Notes: generated by a model not told the origin, from the sequence alone. Positions 9,720-18,805 are shown, numbered from the stretch's first letter. The stretch is DNA of 64,000 nt from a virus (IMGVR_UViG_3300012346_000380:160001-224000); one strand, 5' to 3'. Translations and numbers: made by a program.

Positions 9720-10440
9720 CCGGAGGCGCGTATTTCCCGGGCCCCAGTTTTTTGGGCCCGGGTTAGTTCGTGTTTTTAGATTTATTTCGGTGGTCTTTTT
9801 CAGGGTACTGAGAGGACCTCGGAGTGACTCTAAGGGCCCTGTCAGGCCCAAAAAGCCGCTTTGACCCAGCTGTGGCACTCAATGCGCTTTGGCTAAAGTC
9901 GAAATTCACTATTACTAATTATTAATTAAGCCATGACCTTTACATATCATCATATAAAAAAGTGGTCTTAATCGCGAATTCCCGTAAAACTCGCAATGTC
10001 CCCGGGCGCATGCGTACCCAGAGCACTTTAAGTCCCAAAGTGCTAATTCGCGTTTTGCGCTAGGCTTCATATTACACTTATGAGCCTCAGAGCCCGTGTC
10101 TACTCTAGCTCGGGTGTGCATGCACTTGCAGGTGTTTACTGTAGCCCTAGACAGTAAATTGCGAAATAGGCTTGCAGGTACGCCGGCTGCGCTGCTGGTA
10201 AGCCTAGAGCCTGTTTAGCGCCGGAGCTACTGGTAGTACTGCTAGATGGCTAGTAGCGCTAGTTAGCTAGTTTAACCCAGTAAGCTTTATGCTAATTAGC
10301 TCCGCAGAGCTGTTTGGCGCCTATAGCTCCCAAGAGCTTGCCAGTAAGCTCTCCAGGAAGCTTGCCAGGAGTTAGTCCCCAGAGCTTACCTGGAGAAGCT
10401 TCCTGGAGCTAAAAATAGTTTGAAAATAAAGGCTTAAATA
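9720..10440. other. GC-rich, palindrome-rich non-coding tract at the divergent strand switch
   Basis: Clearly higher GC than the flanks, dense AGCT/CTAG, perfect 13-bp inverted repeat at 10351-10363/10396-10408, no credible ORF. Confidence 0.6.
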
Positions 10441-10499
10441 TTTTTTATTGTCAACTATTTGTGGTATATTTACATATAACATTAAAACAAACATCCATT

Positions 10500-10943
10500 A
10501 TGAAAAACTCATTTTTTAACTCAGAGAGAATTAGCGCAGTAGACTTTATCCAAGGTCGTCAAGGTCAGTATAGAGCTATTGTTAAAGTGCAAGCTGGATT
10601 TATGACTACTGTAGATGATTTAGGTATCGCTAGTAATTGGGAGTCAGGTGCTCGTTGGAAGACGGCTCTATCTGTATTTAAGTCATTTAAAAAAGGTGCC
10701 TTACAGACTATTGAATTTAAAGCTGATGGTACTAATACTTGGTTAACTGTCTTTGCTAGAGTTGGTAATAAAGTTAAATTAATGGATGAGTCTATGTTTA
10801 TGACTATGTGTGTTGGCGATATTAACCAAGATTGGTCTAATACTAACTTATATAGTCAAACTAATTATTCTTTGGCTGGCGCGAAAACTTGGGCTGATCT
10901 TGCCTTTGTAGCAAATGAAACAAAGGAGCTTGAGTTGGTATAA
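10500..10943 (+). CDS. Early hypothetical protein (copy 1)
   Basis: ATG after the TAAAACAAACATCCATT leader and early promoter; 147 aa. Confidence 0.75.
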   Translation: MKNSFFNSERISAVDFIQGRQGQYRAIVKVQAGFMTTVDDLGIASNWESGARWKTALSVFKSFKKGALQTIEFKADGTNTWLTVFARVGNKVKLMDESMFMTMCVGDINQDWSNTNLYSQTNYSLAGAKTWADLAFVANETKELELV

Positions 10944-10966
10944 TATCTACAACAAAACACAAATAT

Positions 10967-11200
10967 ATGAACAAAAGTTCAAATCGTGGTAGCTATAATA
11001 AATTAAGCTACATCCAAAAGGTCTCTATTATAAATCGCAAATTGCGTATTGGAGATATCGCTAATGTATCAGTAGCCACTGGTTACTCCGCCACTCACGT
11101 CTCAGACGTTGTTGCTGGTAAATACTTTAACGACCGCATCATTAACGAAGCTTATGATGTTACCAGAGGTCGTATTAGCAATGCAGTCAAATTAGGCTAG
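10967..11200 (+). CDS. Small putative helix-turn-helix protein (copy 1)
   Basis: IGDIANVSVATGYSATHVSDVVAG resembles an HTH; basic N-terminus. Confidence 0.6.
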   Translation: MNKSSNRGSYNKLSYIQKVSIINRKLRIGDIANVSVATGYSATHVSDVVAGKYFNDRIINEAYDVTRGRISNAVKLG

Positions 11201-11225
11201 ACCTAGACTGTTCTTAGATTTCTTA

Positions 11226-11260
11226 TAGGGGTACTCTTTTAGAGTGCTCCTATTTTTTTT
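11226..11260 (+). terminator. Rho-independent terminator (second copy at 12271-12305)
   Basis: ATAGGGGTACTC-TTTTA-GAGTGCTCCTAT followed by a T run. Confidence 0.75.
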
Positions 11261-11330
11261 GAAAATAAGTGCTTAAAAGTTTTTTATTGTCAAAAGATTG
11301 TCGTATATTAGCTTATGAAACAAAAAACAA

Positions 11331-11430
11331 CAGGTATGACTTAGATGACTGACATTCAAAACAGAGGTAAGACCTCAACAGGGGCGGTCCTTTCAAAAGA
11401 AGGAGGAAGAGTAGACTCCAACCTGCTTTT
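11331..11430 (+). ncRNA. Candidate small structured early RNA (second copy at 12376-12475)
   Basis: Own early promoter (TATATTAG at 11304); CAGGT/ACCTG closing stem around three hairpins, then a T run; no sizeable ORF. Confidence 0.35.
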
Positions 11431-11486
11431 TATTTTTTTTAAAAAGGAATTGTTCGTAACTTTATGAAAAATAATTGATAAAAGGC

Positions 11487-11517
11487 TTTGGGTTGTCAAC
11501 TATTTGTGGTATATTTA
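11487..11517 (+). promoter_or_regulatory. Bacteroidota-type early promoter TTTG-N19-TATATTTA
   Basis: Close to the Bacteroidota primary-sigma -33 TTTG / -7 TAnnTTTG consensus; the -7 box recurs at 10465, 11304, 12349, 12555, 12781, 13233, 14959, 15214 (+) and about ten minus-strand sites. Confidence 0.75.
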
Positions 11518-11544
11518 CATATAACATTAAAACAAACATCCATT

Positions 11545-11988
11545 ATGAAAAACTCATTTTTTAACTCAGAGAGAATTAGCGCAGTAGACTTTATCCAAGG
11601 TCGTCAAGGTCAGTATAGAGCTATTGTTAAAGTGCAAGCTGGATTTATGACTACTGTAGATGATTTAGGTATCGCTAGTAATTGGGAGTCAGGTGCTCGT
11701 TGGAAGACGGCTCTATCTGTATTTAAGTCATTTAAAAAAGGTGCCTTACAGACTATTGAATTTAAAGCTGATGGTACTAATACTTGGTTAACTGTCTTTG
11801 CTAGAGTTGGTAATAAAGTTAAATTAATGGATGAGTCTATGTTTATGACTATGTGTGTTGGCGATATTAACCAAGATTGGTCTAATACTAACTTATATAG
11901 TCAAACTAATTATTCTTTGGCTGGCGCGAAAACTTGGGCTGATCTTGCCTTTGTAGCAAATGAAACAAAGGAGCTTGAGTTGGTATAA
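11545..11988 (+). CDS. Early hypothetical protein (copy 2)
   Basis: Identical to 10500-10943. Confidence 0.75.
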   Translation: MKNSFFNSERISAVDFIQGRQGQYRAIVKVQAGFMTTVDDLGIASNWESGARWKTALSVFKSFKKGALQTIEFKADGTNTWLTVFARVGNKVKLMDESMFMTMCVGDINQDWSNTNLYSQTNYSLAGAKTWADLAFVANETKELELV

Positions 11989-12011
11989 TATCTACAACAA
12001 AACACAAATAT

Positions 12012-12245
12012 ATGAACAAAAGTTCAAATCGTGGTAGCTATAATAAATTAAGCTACATCCAAAAGGTCTCTATTATAAATCGCAAATTGCGTATTGGAGA
12101 TATCGCTAATGTATCAGTAGCCACTGGTTACTCCGCCACTCACGTCTCAGACGTTGTTGCTGGTAAATACTTTAACGACCGCATCATTAACGAAGCTTAT
12201 GATGTTACCAGAGGTCGTATTAGCAATGCAGTCAAATTAGGCTAG
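12012..12245 (+). CDS. Small putative HTH protein (copy 2)
   Basis: Identical to 10967-11200. Confidence 0.6.
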   Translation: MNKSSNRGSYNKLSYIQKVSIINRKLRIGDIANVSVATGYSATHVSDVVAGKYFNDRIINEAYDVTRGRISNAVKLG

Positions 12246-12589
12246 ACCTAGACTGTTCTTAGATTTCTTATAGGGGTACTCTTTTAGAGTGCTCCTATTT
12301 TTTTTGAAAATAAGTGCTTAAAAGTTTTTTATTGTCAAAAGATTGTCGTATATTAGCTTATGAAACAAAAAACAACAGGTATGACTTAGATGACTGACAT
12401 TCAAAACAGAGGTAAGACCTCAACAGGGGCGGTCCTTTCAAAAGAAGGAGGAAGAGTAGACTCCAACCTGCTTTTTATTTTTTTTAAAAAGGAATTGTTC
12501 GTAACTTTATGAAAAATAATTGATAAAAGGCTTTGGGTTGTCAACTATTTGTGGTATATTTACATATAACATTAAAACAAACACCTATT

Positions 12590-12742
12590 ATGAAAAAAGA
12601 GTTATTAGAATATTGTTACAAAAATCAAAAGGAATATGTTTACGAAACAAACCAAAGAGCATTTGATTGCTTAATTGAGTTAGTAGAGAGTGGTACAGTA
12701 TCTTCTTTTAAAGAGTTGTCAGAGTACGGAATGGAGTACTAA
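12590..12742 (+). CDS. Small early hypothetical protein
   Basis: MKKELLEY..., 50 aa, after the promoter/leader cassette. Confidence 0.6.
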   Translation: MKKELLEYCYKNQKEYVYETNQRAFDCLIELVESGTVSSFKELSEYGMEY

Positions 12743-12815
12743 AAACTTAATCAAAAGTTACTATTCCCAGACAAGGTTCTTATATTTACATATAACATTA
12801 AAACAAACATCCATT

Positions 12816-13169
12816 ATGAACATATCTCTTTCTCCTTCTGAAATTCAAGTTATTAAAAATGCATTAGTTGACTATAAAGAGGCTCTGGTAGGTCAAGGTA
12901 CTCAATACTCAGTTATCTCTGCCCTTCTTATTACTATTGCAGAAAAAGAGGCTAAGGAATCTAATAAGGCGCCTAAGGTTATTGCTAATAAAGAATGGAT
13001 GTTTAACTTCACTACGGGAGGTTGGAATACAGTATGGGCTAAGACTAAGCGTGGAGCTATAGCTCAAGCTGCTAAGGAATATAAAAACTCAAACTTAGTC
13101 CCTAATCCTAATTCATTTAGAGCATCTACTCCATCTGATATGAAAGCGGCATTAAGTTCTTTCTATTAA
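12816..13169 (+). CDS. Early hypothetical protein
   Basis: MNISLS..., 117 aa, after the promoter/leader cassette. Confidence 0.7.
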   Translation: MNISLSPSEIQVIKNALVDYKEALVGQGTQYSVISALLITIAEKEAKESNKAPKVIANKEWMFNFTTGGWNTVWAKTKRGAIAQAAKEYKNSNLVPNPNSFRASTPSDMKAALSSFY

Positions 13170-13268
13170 TAAATTGTTCGTAAGTTTGCGAAAATAATTA
13201 CTTAAATATTTTTTATTGTCAACTATTATACGTATATTTACATATACAAATTAAAACAAACATCCATT

Positions 13269-13649
13269 ATGAAAATTACATCTTTTGACCGCAACACAGT
13301 AAAAAATCTTCGTTCAGATATCGATTCAGCTTTGGCTATCTTATCTAAAAAATACGGTATTGAAATCTCTGCAGGTAATGCATCTTTCACTGCTTCTAAT
13401 GTTACTTATAAAGTGCAAGCTGCAGTTAAAGCTTCTAACGGTGTTACTATGACCAAAGAGGCTACTGATTTTGGTCTTTATGCTAGTCGCACTTTACCTG
13501 GTTTTAAAGTTGGTCAAAGCATTGATCTTCAAGGTAAGCAATACATTATCACTGGTTGGAAAGCCAGAGCTCAGAAAAATCCAGTACAAGTATCACGCGA
13601 TGGTAGATCTTATAGAGTATCTGCTGAGATGATCAAAATGTACAACTAA
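13269..13649 (+). CDS. Early hypothetical protein
   Basis: 126 aa, after the promoter/leader cassette. Confidence 0.7.
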   Translation: MKITSFDRNTVKNLRSDIDSALAILSKKYGIEISAGNASFTASNVTYKVQAAVKASNGVTMTKEATDFGLYASRTLPGFKVGQSIDLQGKQYIITGWKARAQKNPVQVSRDGRSYRVSAEMIKMYN

Positions 13650-13650
13650 T

Positions 13651-13679
13651 TGAAACAAAATAAATAAATCTTATATAAA
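13651..13679 (+). promoter_or_regulatory. Putative middle-class promoter TGAAAC-N17-TATAAA
   Basis: The same bipartite motif with 17-18 nt spacer occurs at about 11 intergenic sites. Confidence 0.6.
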
Positions 13680-13698
13680 TCTTATAAATCTAGATATT

Positions 13699-14832
13699 AT
13701 GGCATTAATTACAACTTTAGGAGCTCCTTTAATCGAACAAAAACGTTCAGAAACCCTTAACTCTCAAGCTATTCGTAGAACTGTAGCTTTTGCAGACATC
13801 AATATTGTTGATGATAAAACTATCGAGTATAAAGGCTCTCGTTTATCAGTTTCAACTGACTTTTTCAAGCAATTACTAAAAATGATTGGTATGAGCCAAA
13901 CATTTGCTGGTAAGTTTGAATCTCTTTTTAATACAGAGACTAAAACAGCTTTTATTAACCGTATCAAAGATGCAATGGCTTCTAATGCTGGTGGTCTTTC
14001 TGAGGTTACATTAATTGTTAATCCTAATACCAAATCAGTTATTGGTCTTGCTAAGAATGCAACTGATATGATTTCAAACGATCGCTTCTTAAATGTAGTT
14101 GACCGTATCTTAGATCAAAATGGTTTAGAAATTTCTAACTGGTCTATTGATCCTATGAAAGGTATGGTTAACATCAACACATTTAATCCTAAAGCGGAAT
14201 TCCAAGTAGCTGGATTAAATGATGAGGTTTTCAAAGGTGGTGTTACTTTTCAAAATTCACCAAACGGAGGCTTTCAAGTTCTTCCTTATGTAAACCGTAT
14301 GTGGTGTACTAATGGCTTAACTACTGCTTTCGCTCAAGAGGCTTACACATTACAGTCTTTAGATGCTGGTACAATGGAGAAGTTCTTCGAGCAATTAAAT
14401 GATCTTCGTAAACGTAACTTTGCACCTTCAATGTTCTCTGACCAAGTTAAGCAAGCTATTGCTACTCCAGCGTCAATCTCTGAATTGCAAAATGGTTACT
14501 ATATGATTGAGAAATTTGCTGGTGAGCGTACAGACAACTGGATTCCTTTAAAAGAAAACATGAATGCATACGCTAAGAATGGTTTTGAGTTTATGTCAGC
14601 TGCTCAAATGAAAGGAGCTAGATCTAATACATCTATTTGGGACTTAGTTAACGGTGTTAACCACTTCGCTTCTCACGGTAACTCTATTATCGATACTAAC
14701 ATGCAAGACTATGATGCTACTCGCTTAATGGTTCAAGCTGGAAATATCTTCGGTAAACAATATGATCACGCTAACCAAATGCCAGACATCTTTAAAGGTG
14801 AATTGGTTCAACACGGTTCATTATTGAATTAA
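13699..14832 (+). CDS. DUF932-like domain protein
   Basis: G.TFQNS..G......V.RMWCTNG motif and C-terminal SIWDLVNGVNHFASH. Confidence 0.6.
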   Translation: MALITTLGAPLIEQKRSETLNSQAIRRTVAFADINIVDDKTIEYKGSRLSVSTDFFKQLLKMIGMSQTFAGKFESLFNTETKTAFINRIKDAMASNAGGLSEVTLIVNPNTKSVIGLAKNATDMISNDRFLNVVDRILDQNGLEISNWSIDPMKGMVNINTFNPKAEFQVAGLNDEVFKGGVTFQNSPNGGFQVLPYVNRMWCTNGLTTAFAQEAYTLQSLDAGTMEKFFEQLNDLRKRNFAPSMFSDQVKQAIATPASISELQNGYYMIEKFAGERTDNWIPLKENMNAYAKNGFEFMSAAQMKGARSNTSIWDLVNGVNHFASHGNSIIDTNMQDYDATRLMVQAGNIFGKQYDHANQMPDIFKGELVQHGSLLN

Positions 14833-14874
14833 TATAAATCTGAGTTCAGGCCGCTTCGAAGTTAAGGCTCAGTA

Positions 14875-14904
14875 AAAAGATCAGCGAAAGTTGATCTTTT
14901 TTTT
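14875..14904 (+). terminator. Rho-independent terminator
   Basis: AAAAGATCAGC-GAAA-GTTGATCTTTT followed by a T run. Confidence 0.8.
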
Positions 14905-14991
14905 CGCTTTTTTGTGAAAATAATTGCTTAAATATTTTGGGTTGTCAACTATTATGTGTATATTTACTCTATAATTAAAACACTAACAGAT

Positions 14992-15189
14992 ATGAAAGTA
15001 CAATTAAACATCGGTCCCTTATTATTAGCATTAGTATCAGGTTTTGTAGCCTTAAACATCTTAAATGGCAATGCTCTTAACTATGTTAAATTCGAGGCTG
15101 TAGAGAATGAATTAGGTTGCGCAGTTATAGCTTTAACAATGTGTGTCCTTTCATTGTTCGTAACTTTTGAAAAAATAACTGACAAATAA
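14992..15189 (+). CDS. Small two-TM membrane protein
   Basis: 65 aa with two hydrophobic segments; early promoter upstream. Confidence 0.6.
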   Translation: MKVQLNIGPLLLALVSGFVALNILNGNALNYVKFEAVENELGCAVIALTMCVLSLFVTFEKITDK

Positions 15190-15246
15190 TTTTTTATTGT
15201 CAACTAAAAGCAGTATATTAGCTCTATAATCATTAAAACATCCACA

Positions 15247-16383
15247 ATGACTAAGCAATCTTACACAGTACACATCTTAGAGGCAGTTCCTAACAGAGAG
15301 CCTAATTTTAATCTTAAATCTATTACCGACCCGGCGGAGCAAGTGTTAATTACACCTGAAAATGCCAAGTATAGTTACGTTGCTCAAAACCAAGGTCGTA
15401 TCATAAATATAAACGGAGTAATGGCTAATGGAGTCTTAAAGATGACCTCATCAGCAGATTACTATGACGCTTATGGTTTAAAAGCCAAAGCCATCAAGGC
15501 TGAACCAACAGCCATCAAGGCTCCTCAGACTATTAACTTAACTAGACTAGATGATCTAAACATTAACCCGGATTTATTCCAACCAATGTTAACAGGAACA
15601 GTAGTAGACAAGTTTGTTAGTCAAGACGGAGGTTTCTTACCAGGTTCTATGATCATGGCAGCTGGATCACCAGGTGTTGGTAAAACCACAGTTCTTTTAG
15701 AACTTATAGTTGCGCTTCACTCCGCCGGGAAAAGAGCACTTTTCATCTCAGCTGAAATGAACCAGATAGACATGGCTCGCTACTTGAAACGTTTCCCAAA
15801 TTGGGGTCAGTTACCAATCTTATTCTTAGCAGACTATGAAGATCCTAAGACAGTAATTGAGCAAACCTTAAACCAAGGTTGGGACATAGTCTTAACTGAC
15901 TCTTACACAGAGGTTAATGACACGGTTAAAGAGGAATCTAACATGTCCCGCGGAGCTACAGAGAAATGGTTCTTAGACCTAATGTCGGCCAATAACAAAG
16001 GCCAAAATGAAAAAGCAATCTATACAACCTTTATCACCATCTTGCAAATGAGCAAAGGCGGAGTCTTTGTAGGTAGTAACAAACTAAAACACATGACTAC
16101 TGCCATGATGGATATTGCCTTTGAAGGAGACAGACGCTATATGGAATTCACCAAAAACAGACTAGGTCAAGTAGGTAAGAAACTTTACTTTGAGATTGGC
16201 AACGGTATCAAATTTGATGAAGCCAGATACACACGAGACCTATTCAATGACGAGCTTGTATCAGAGGAGAAGAAGAGACTAGCTGAGGAAGAAGACGCCT
16301 TTGACAAACTATTTGGCTTTAACACGCCGGAGCCAGAAGCAGATGCAGAACTTGCAACTGATCTGGTAGTCACCCAAGCATAA
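15247..16383 (+). CDS. RadA/Sms-like RecA-family ATPase (no Zn finger or Lon domain)
   Basis: Walker A GSPGVGKT, FISAEM, Walker B LTDS, GSNKLKHM, KNRLG motif. Confidence 0.75.
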   Translation: MTKQSYTVHILEAVPNREPNFNLKSITDPAEQVLITPENAKYSYVAQNQGRIININGVMANGVLKMTSSADYYDAYGLKAKAIKAEPTAIKAPQTINLTRLDDLNINPDLFQPMLTGTVVDKFVSQDGGFLPGSMIMAAGSPGVGKTTVLLELIVALHSAGKRALFISAEMNQIDMARYLKRFPNWGQLPILFLADYEDPKTVIEQTLNQGWDIVLTDSYTEVNDTVKEESNMSRGATEKWFLDLMSANNKGQNEKAIYTTFITILQMSKGGVFVGSNKLKHMTTAMMDIAFEGDRRYMEFTKNRLGQVGKKLYFEIGNGIKFDEARYTRDLFNDELVSEEKKRLAEEEDAFDKLFGFNTPEPEADAELATDLVVTQA

Positions 16384-16694
16384 TTTTGTTTTAATTATCT
16401 CTTTCACCCCGCCGGGATGGAAGAACCAAAGAACTCGGAGTGGATGCCGGGTTTTTGTGGTGTTTGGAGGCCTCGCTAAGCAGGGGTAGTGAACTGCGCC
16501 AGGTGTGAGCGTTGATAGATAGCTACCTAACGTCTGGGATGCGTAAGGGCGGCTTTCTTGAACAAACGCGTATATATTCTAGTTAGTGGGCTTACAGCCT
16601 GACCTGACAGCTTATAATAATTGGTTTTGATAATATTGGATAACATTATCATAAAGACATGTGAGGGCTTGATGTCTTTAAGGGCTTAAAACCC

Positions 16695-16886
16695 TTACTT
16701 TTGAAATTTGTGTGTTTTAGACGGTCTGGATGGTAGAAAGATAATTACTCTGATACCTTGGTTCTCTATATCTGGGTAGATCCTAAAGTCTTGTCTTTGG
16801 TAGTCTCTTTGGATTGGTTTGTATACTGTACATCCTTGTAAGATTAGGATTGCTAGTATGGTTATTAGGTATCTGGTTGGTTTCAA
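16695..16886 (-). CDS. Small putative lipoprotein
   Basis: Hydrophobic N-terminus with lipobox-like LQGC. Confidence 0.45.
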   Translation of the reverse strand: MKPTRYLITILAILILQGCTVYKPIQRDYQRQDFRIYPDIENQGIRVIIFLPSRPSKTHKFQK

Positions 16887-17065
16887 GGTTTAAACTTTTG
16901 GGTTAATAACAGTTCTATTATAGAATGATGTACTGCATAGATGGCTATCTCTTGGTCTGATAGAGATTTTTGGGTTTTTATCTTGTTTGCTATTAAGACT
17001 AAGGTTTCTCTGGTTATACTACCTGTATCTATGAAATTGTTCCATTCTTCTTTTTCTATTCCCAT
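16883..17065 (-). CDS. Hypothetical protein
   Basis: 60-aa ORF. Confidence 0.5.
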   Translation of the reverse strand: MGIEKEEWNNFIDTGSITRETLVLIANKIKTQKSLSDQEIAIYAVHHSIIELLLTQKFKP

Positions 17066-17147
17066 AATATATGTATTTGTCTTTGGGTTGCGTGCGTGAA
17101 AAAGGTCAGCTTTTTGGGCTGACCTTTAAGATTTATTGGGATTTTGG

Positions 17148-17696
17148 TTACTTTGCGTCGATTGTTAAAAGTAATTGTGCTCTGATCTCTATATTGTTAT
17201 CTAGAACATCTGTGTCGAATTCACCTAAGACTGCTGTCTCTTGTTTAGTGATAATGGCTGAGTTTTGCATGCCTTCTAGTTTTCTTGTGTATTTACTAGC
17301 GTCTGTATCATCTGCGAAACCAACGTTGATTACTAAATCTGCTGGGTATCTTACTAGTAATTCTGCTCTGCCTGGTTCGTTAATACCATTTACTTCATCT
17401 TTGATCCATGGTTTGCCCGATAAAGTGGCCATAATATAAACTACTGACTCTTTGTCTTTGATTTGTTTTAAGACTTCTTGCTCTATGATTTTAGCTCCGT
17501 CTTTGTCCGCCCATTTAGACCAAACTTTGTTGATTTCTTCTAAGGTAGCTGCTTCGTCTCCTTCGTATTTGATACGTTCGATTTGTTTTTTAAATGCAAA
17601 TAAGACTTTACCTGCGATACCTTTGGCTCCATAAGAACCTGTCATTTGGTATACCTTTTCATTTACGAATTGTTCGAATAATTGAATATGTTTCAT
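17148..17696 (-). CDS. Leader-bearing protein (putative internal virion protein)
   Basis: N-terminus MKHIQLFEQFVNE. Confidence 0.7.
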   Translation of the reverse strand: MKHIQLFEQFVNEKVYQMTGSYGAKGIAGKVLFAFKKQIERIKYEGDEAATLEEINKVWSKWADKDGAKIIEQEVLKQIKDKESVVYIMATLSGKPWIKDEVNGINEPGRAELLVRYPADLVINVGFADDTDASKYTRKLEGMQNSAIITKQETAVLGEFDTDVLDNNIEIRAQLLLTIDAK

Positions 17697-17712
17697 ATAT
17701 GTTAGTTTTTAT

Positions 17713-18054
17713 TTAATATTCAAATGGTGGTGTTTGATAACTTGATTGCTTAACTGCATACCAAGTTTTATCTACTCTAAAATACCAGAAAGTATCTCCT
17801 TCAATAATATAGTGATCGCCTTTGATTTTTACATCTTTGTAACCACCTCTTGTAAAGTTTTTAGTCACTGGAACGCCGTCATCAAACGTTTTATCAGTAG
17901 ATTGCGCTTTAAATGATTTACCATCAAATTTAGCTAAGTAAATATCTGCTTTCTTACCTTCTTCTTTTTCATCCTTTTGAAATTGCTCCATACCTTCTGG
18001 TAAATTAAGTGCGCTTTCATTTAAGAAATCTTCAAAAAGTTTAATATATTTCAT
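17713..18054 (-). CDS. Leader-bearing protein (putative internal virion protein)
   Basis: N-terminus MKYIKLFEDFLNE; late-type motif at 18079-18088. Confidence 0.7.
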   Translation of the reverse strand: MKYIKLFEDFLNESALNLPEGMEQFQKDEKEEGKKADIYLAKFDGKSFKAQSTDKTFDDGVPVTKNFTRGGYKDVKIKGDHYIIEGDTFWYFRVDKTWYAVKQSSYQTPPFEY

Positions 18055-18092
18055 AATTTAATTTGTTTTTACGTATGCTTTATATATTAAAA

Positions 18093-18118
18093 TAAAAAAG
18101 GACCATTTAGGTCCTTTT
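18093..18118 (-). terminator. Rho-independent terminator
   Basis: AAAAGGACC-ATTTA-GGTCCTTTT with A/T runs. Confidence 0.7.
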
Positions 18119-18141
18119 GATTTATATGTGTTTGTTTAGAT

Positions 18142-18351
18142 CTAAACAAAAAGAGCTTTAACTGCATACATACATGCAGTTTCAATATTTGTTTGAGCGA
18201 TTGAGATTTCTCTAGCATTTTTATCGTCTTTCATGATTTCTAATTTATCGATTAGATTTGCATGTTGTTCTTTTAGGTCTTCGATAATTGGGTTAGCCGA
18301 AGGGTTAAAGTTTCTTTGGACTCTTTTTTGTCCTAATGTTATATTTTCCAT
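18142..18351 (-). CDS. Acb2/Tad1-like helical-hairpin protein (candidate signalling-molecule sponge)
   Basis: C-terminal REISIAQTNIETACMYAVKA resembles the Acb2/Tad1 terminal helix pattern. Confidence 0.6.
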   Translation of the reverse strand: MENITLGQKRVQRNFNPSANPIIEDLKEQHANLIDKLEIMKDDKNAREISIAQTNIETACMYAVKALFV

Positions 18352-18363
18352 AGTTTAGTTTGT

Positions 18364-18789
18364 TTAGTCTTCGAAGACTTCTATTGTTTTTTGCTTCTCT
18401 GTTAAGTTTGACCATTTACCGACGAATTGTGTAGCTTTAACTACTCTATCATCAATCCAATGATAATTTCCACCTCGAGGTTTACCCATTAAAAGTCCAT
18501 GGTATATAAAACCATGTCTTTCCAACCAATCCATTGTGATTTTTCTATGTTCTTCAGTACGCGACGTGAAAAAGGTAATGATGTGTCCTTCTTTAGCCCA
18601 ACCGTTTAAGATTTGTCTTGCGTCTGGGTAAGGTAAAACCATTTTCATTCTTTCTGGCTCTTCATTAGGTACATCATCTGTGATGGTACCATCAATATCA
18701 ATTAAATAATTTCTAATACCTTCTGGTAATGCCGGTGACACTAATTGACCTTCATCTCCAAATTGAGATTGTAAATTTATTGTTTTCAT
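18364..18789 (-). CDS. HAD-family phosphatase
   Basis: DIDGT motif I, FTSR motif II, KP and WIDD motifs. Confidence 0.85.
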   Translation of the reverse strand: MKTINLQSQFGDEGQLVSPALPEGIRNYLIDIDGTITDDVPNEEPERMKMVLPYPDARQILNGWAKEGHIITFFTSRTEEHRKITMDWLERHGFIYHGLLMGKPRGGNYHWIDDRVVKATQFVGKWSNLTEKQKTIEVFED

Positions 18790-18805
18790 TTATATAGTGA
18801 TTAGA

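Larger units (their letters stand above)
10448..12583 (+). repeat. 1045-bp tandem direct duplication plus a 46-bp third copy of the promoter
   Basis: TTGTCAACTATTTGTGG starts at 10448, 11493 and 12538 (period 1045); both copies encode identical proteins. Confidence 0.95.

Noticed and set aside
9381-10121. ORFs 9381..9596, 9437..9664, 9690..9878 and 9915..10121
   Set aside because: They overlap a better gene or lie in the GC-rich tract, with atypical composition and no leader or promoter signals.
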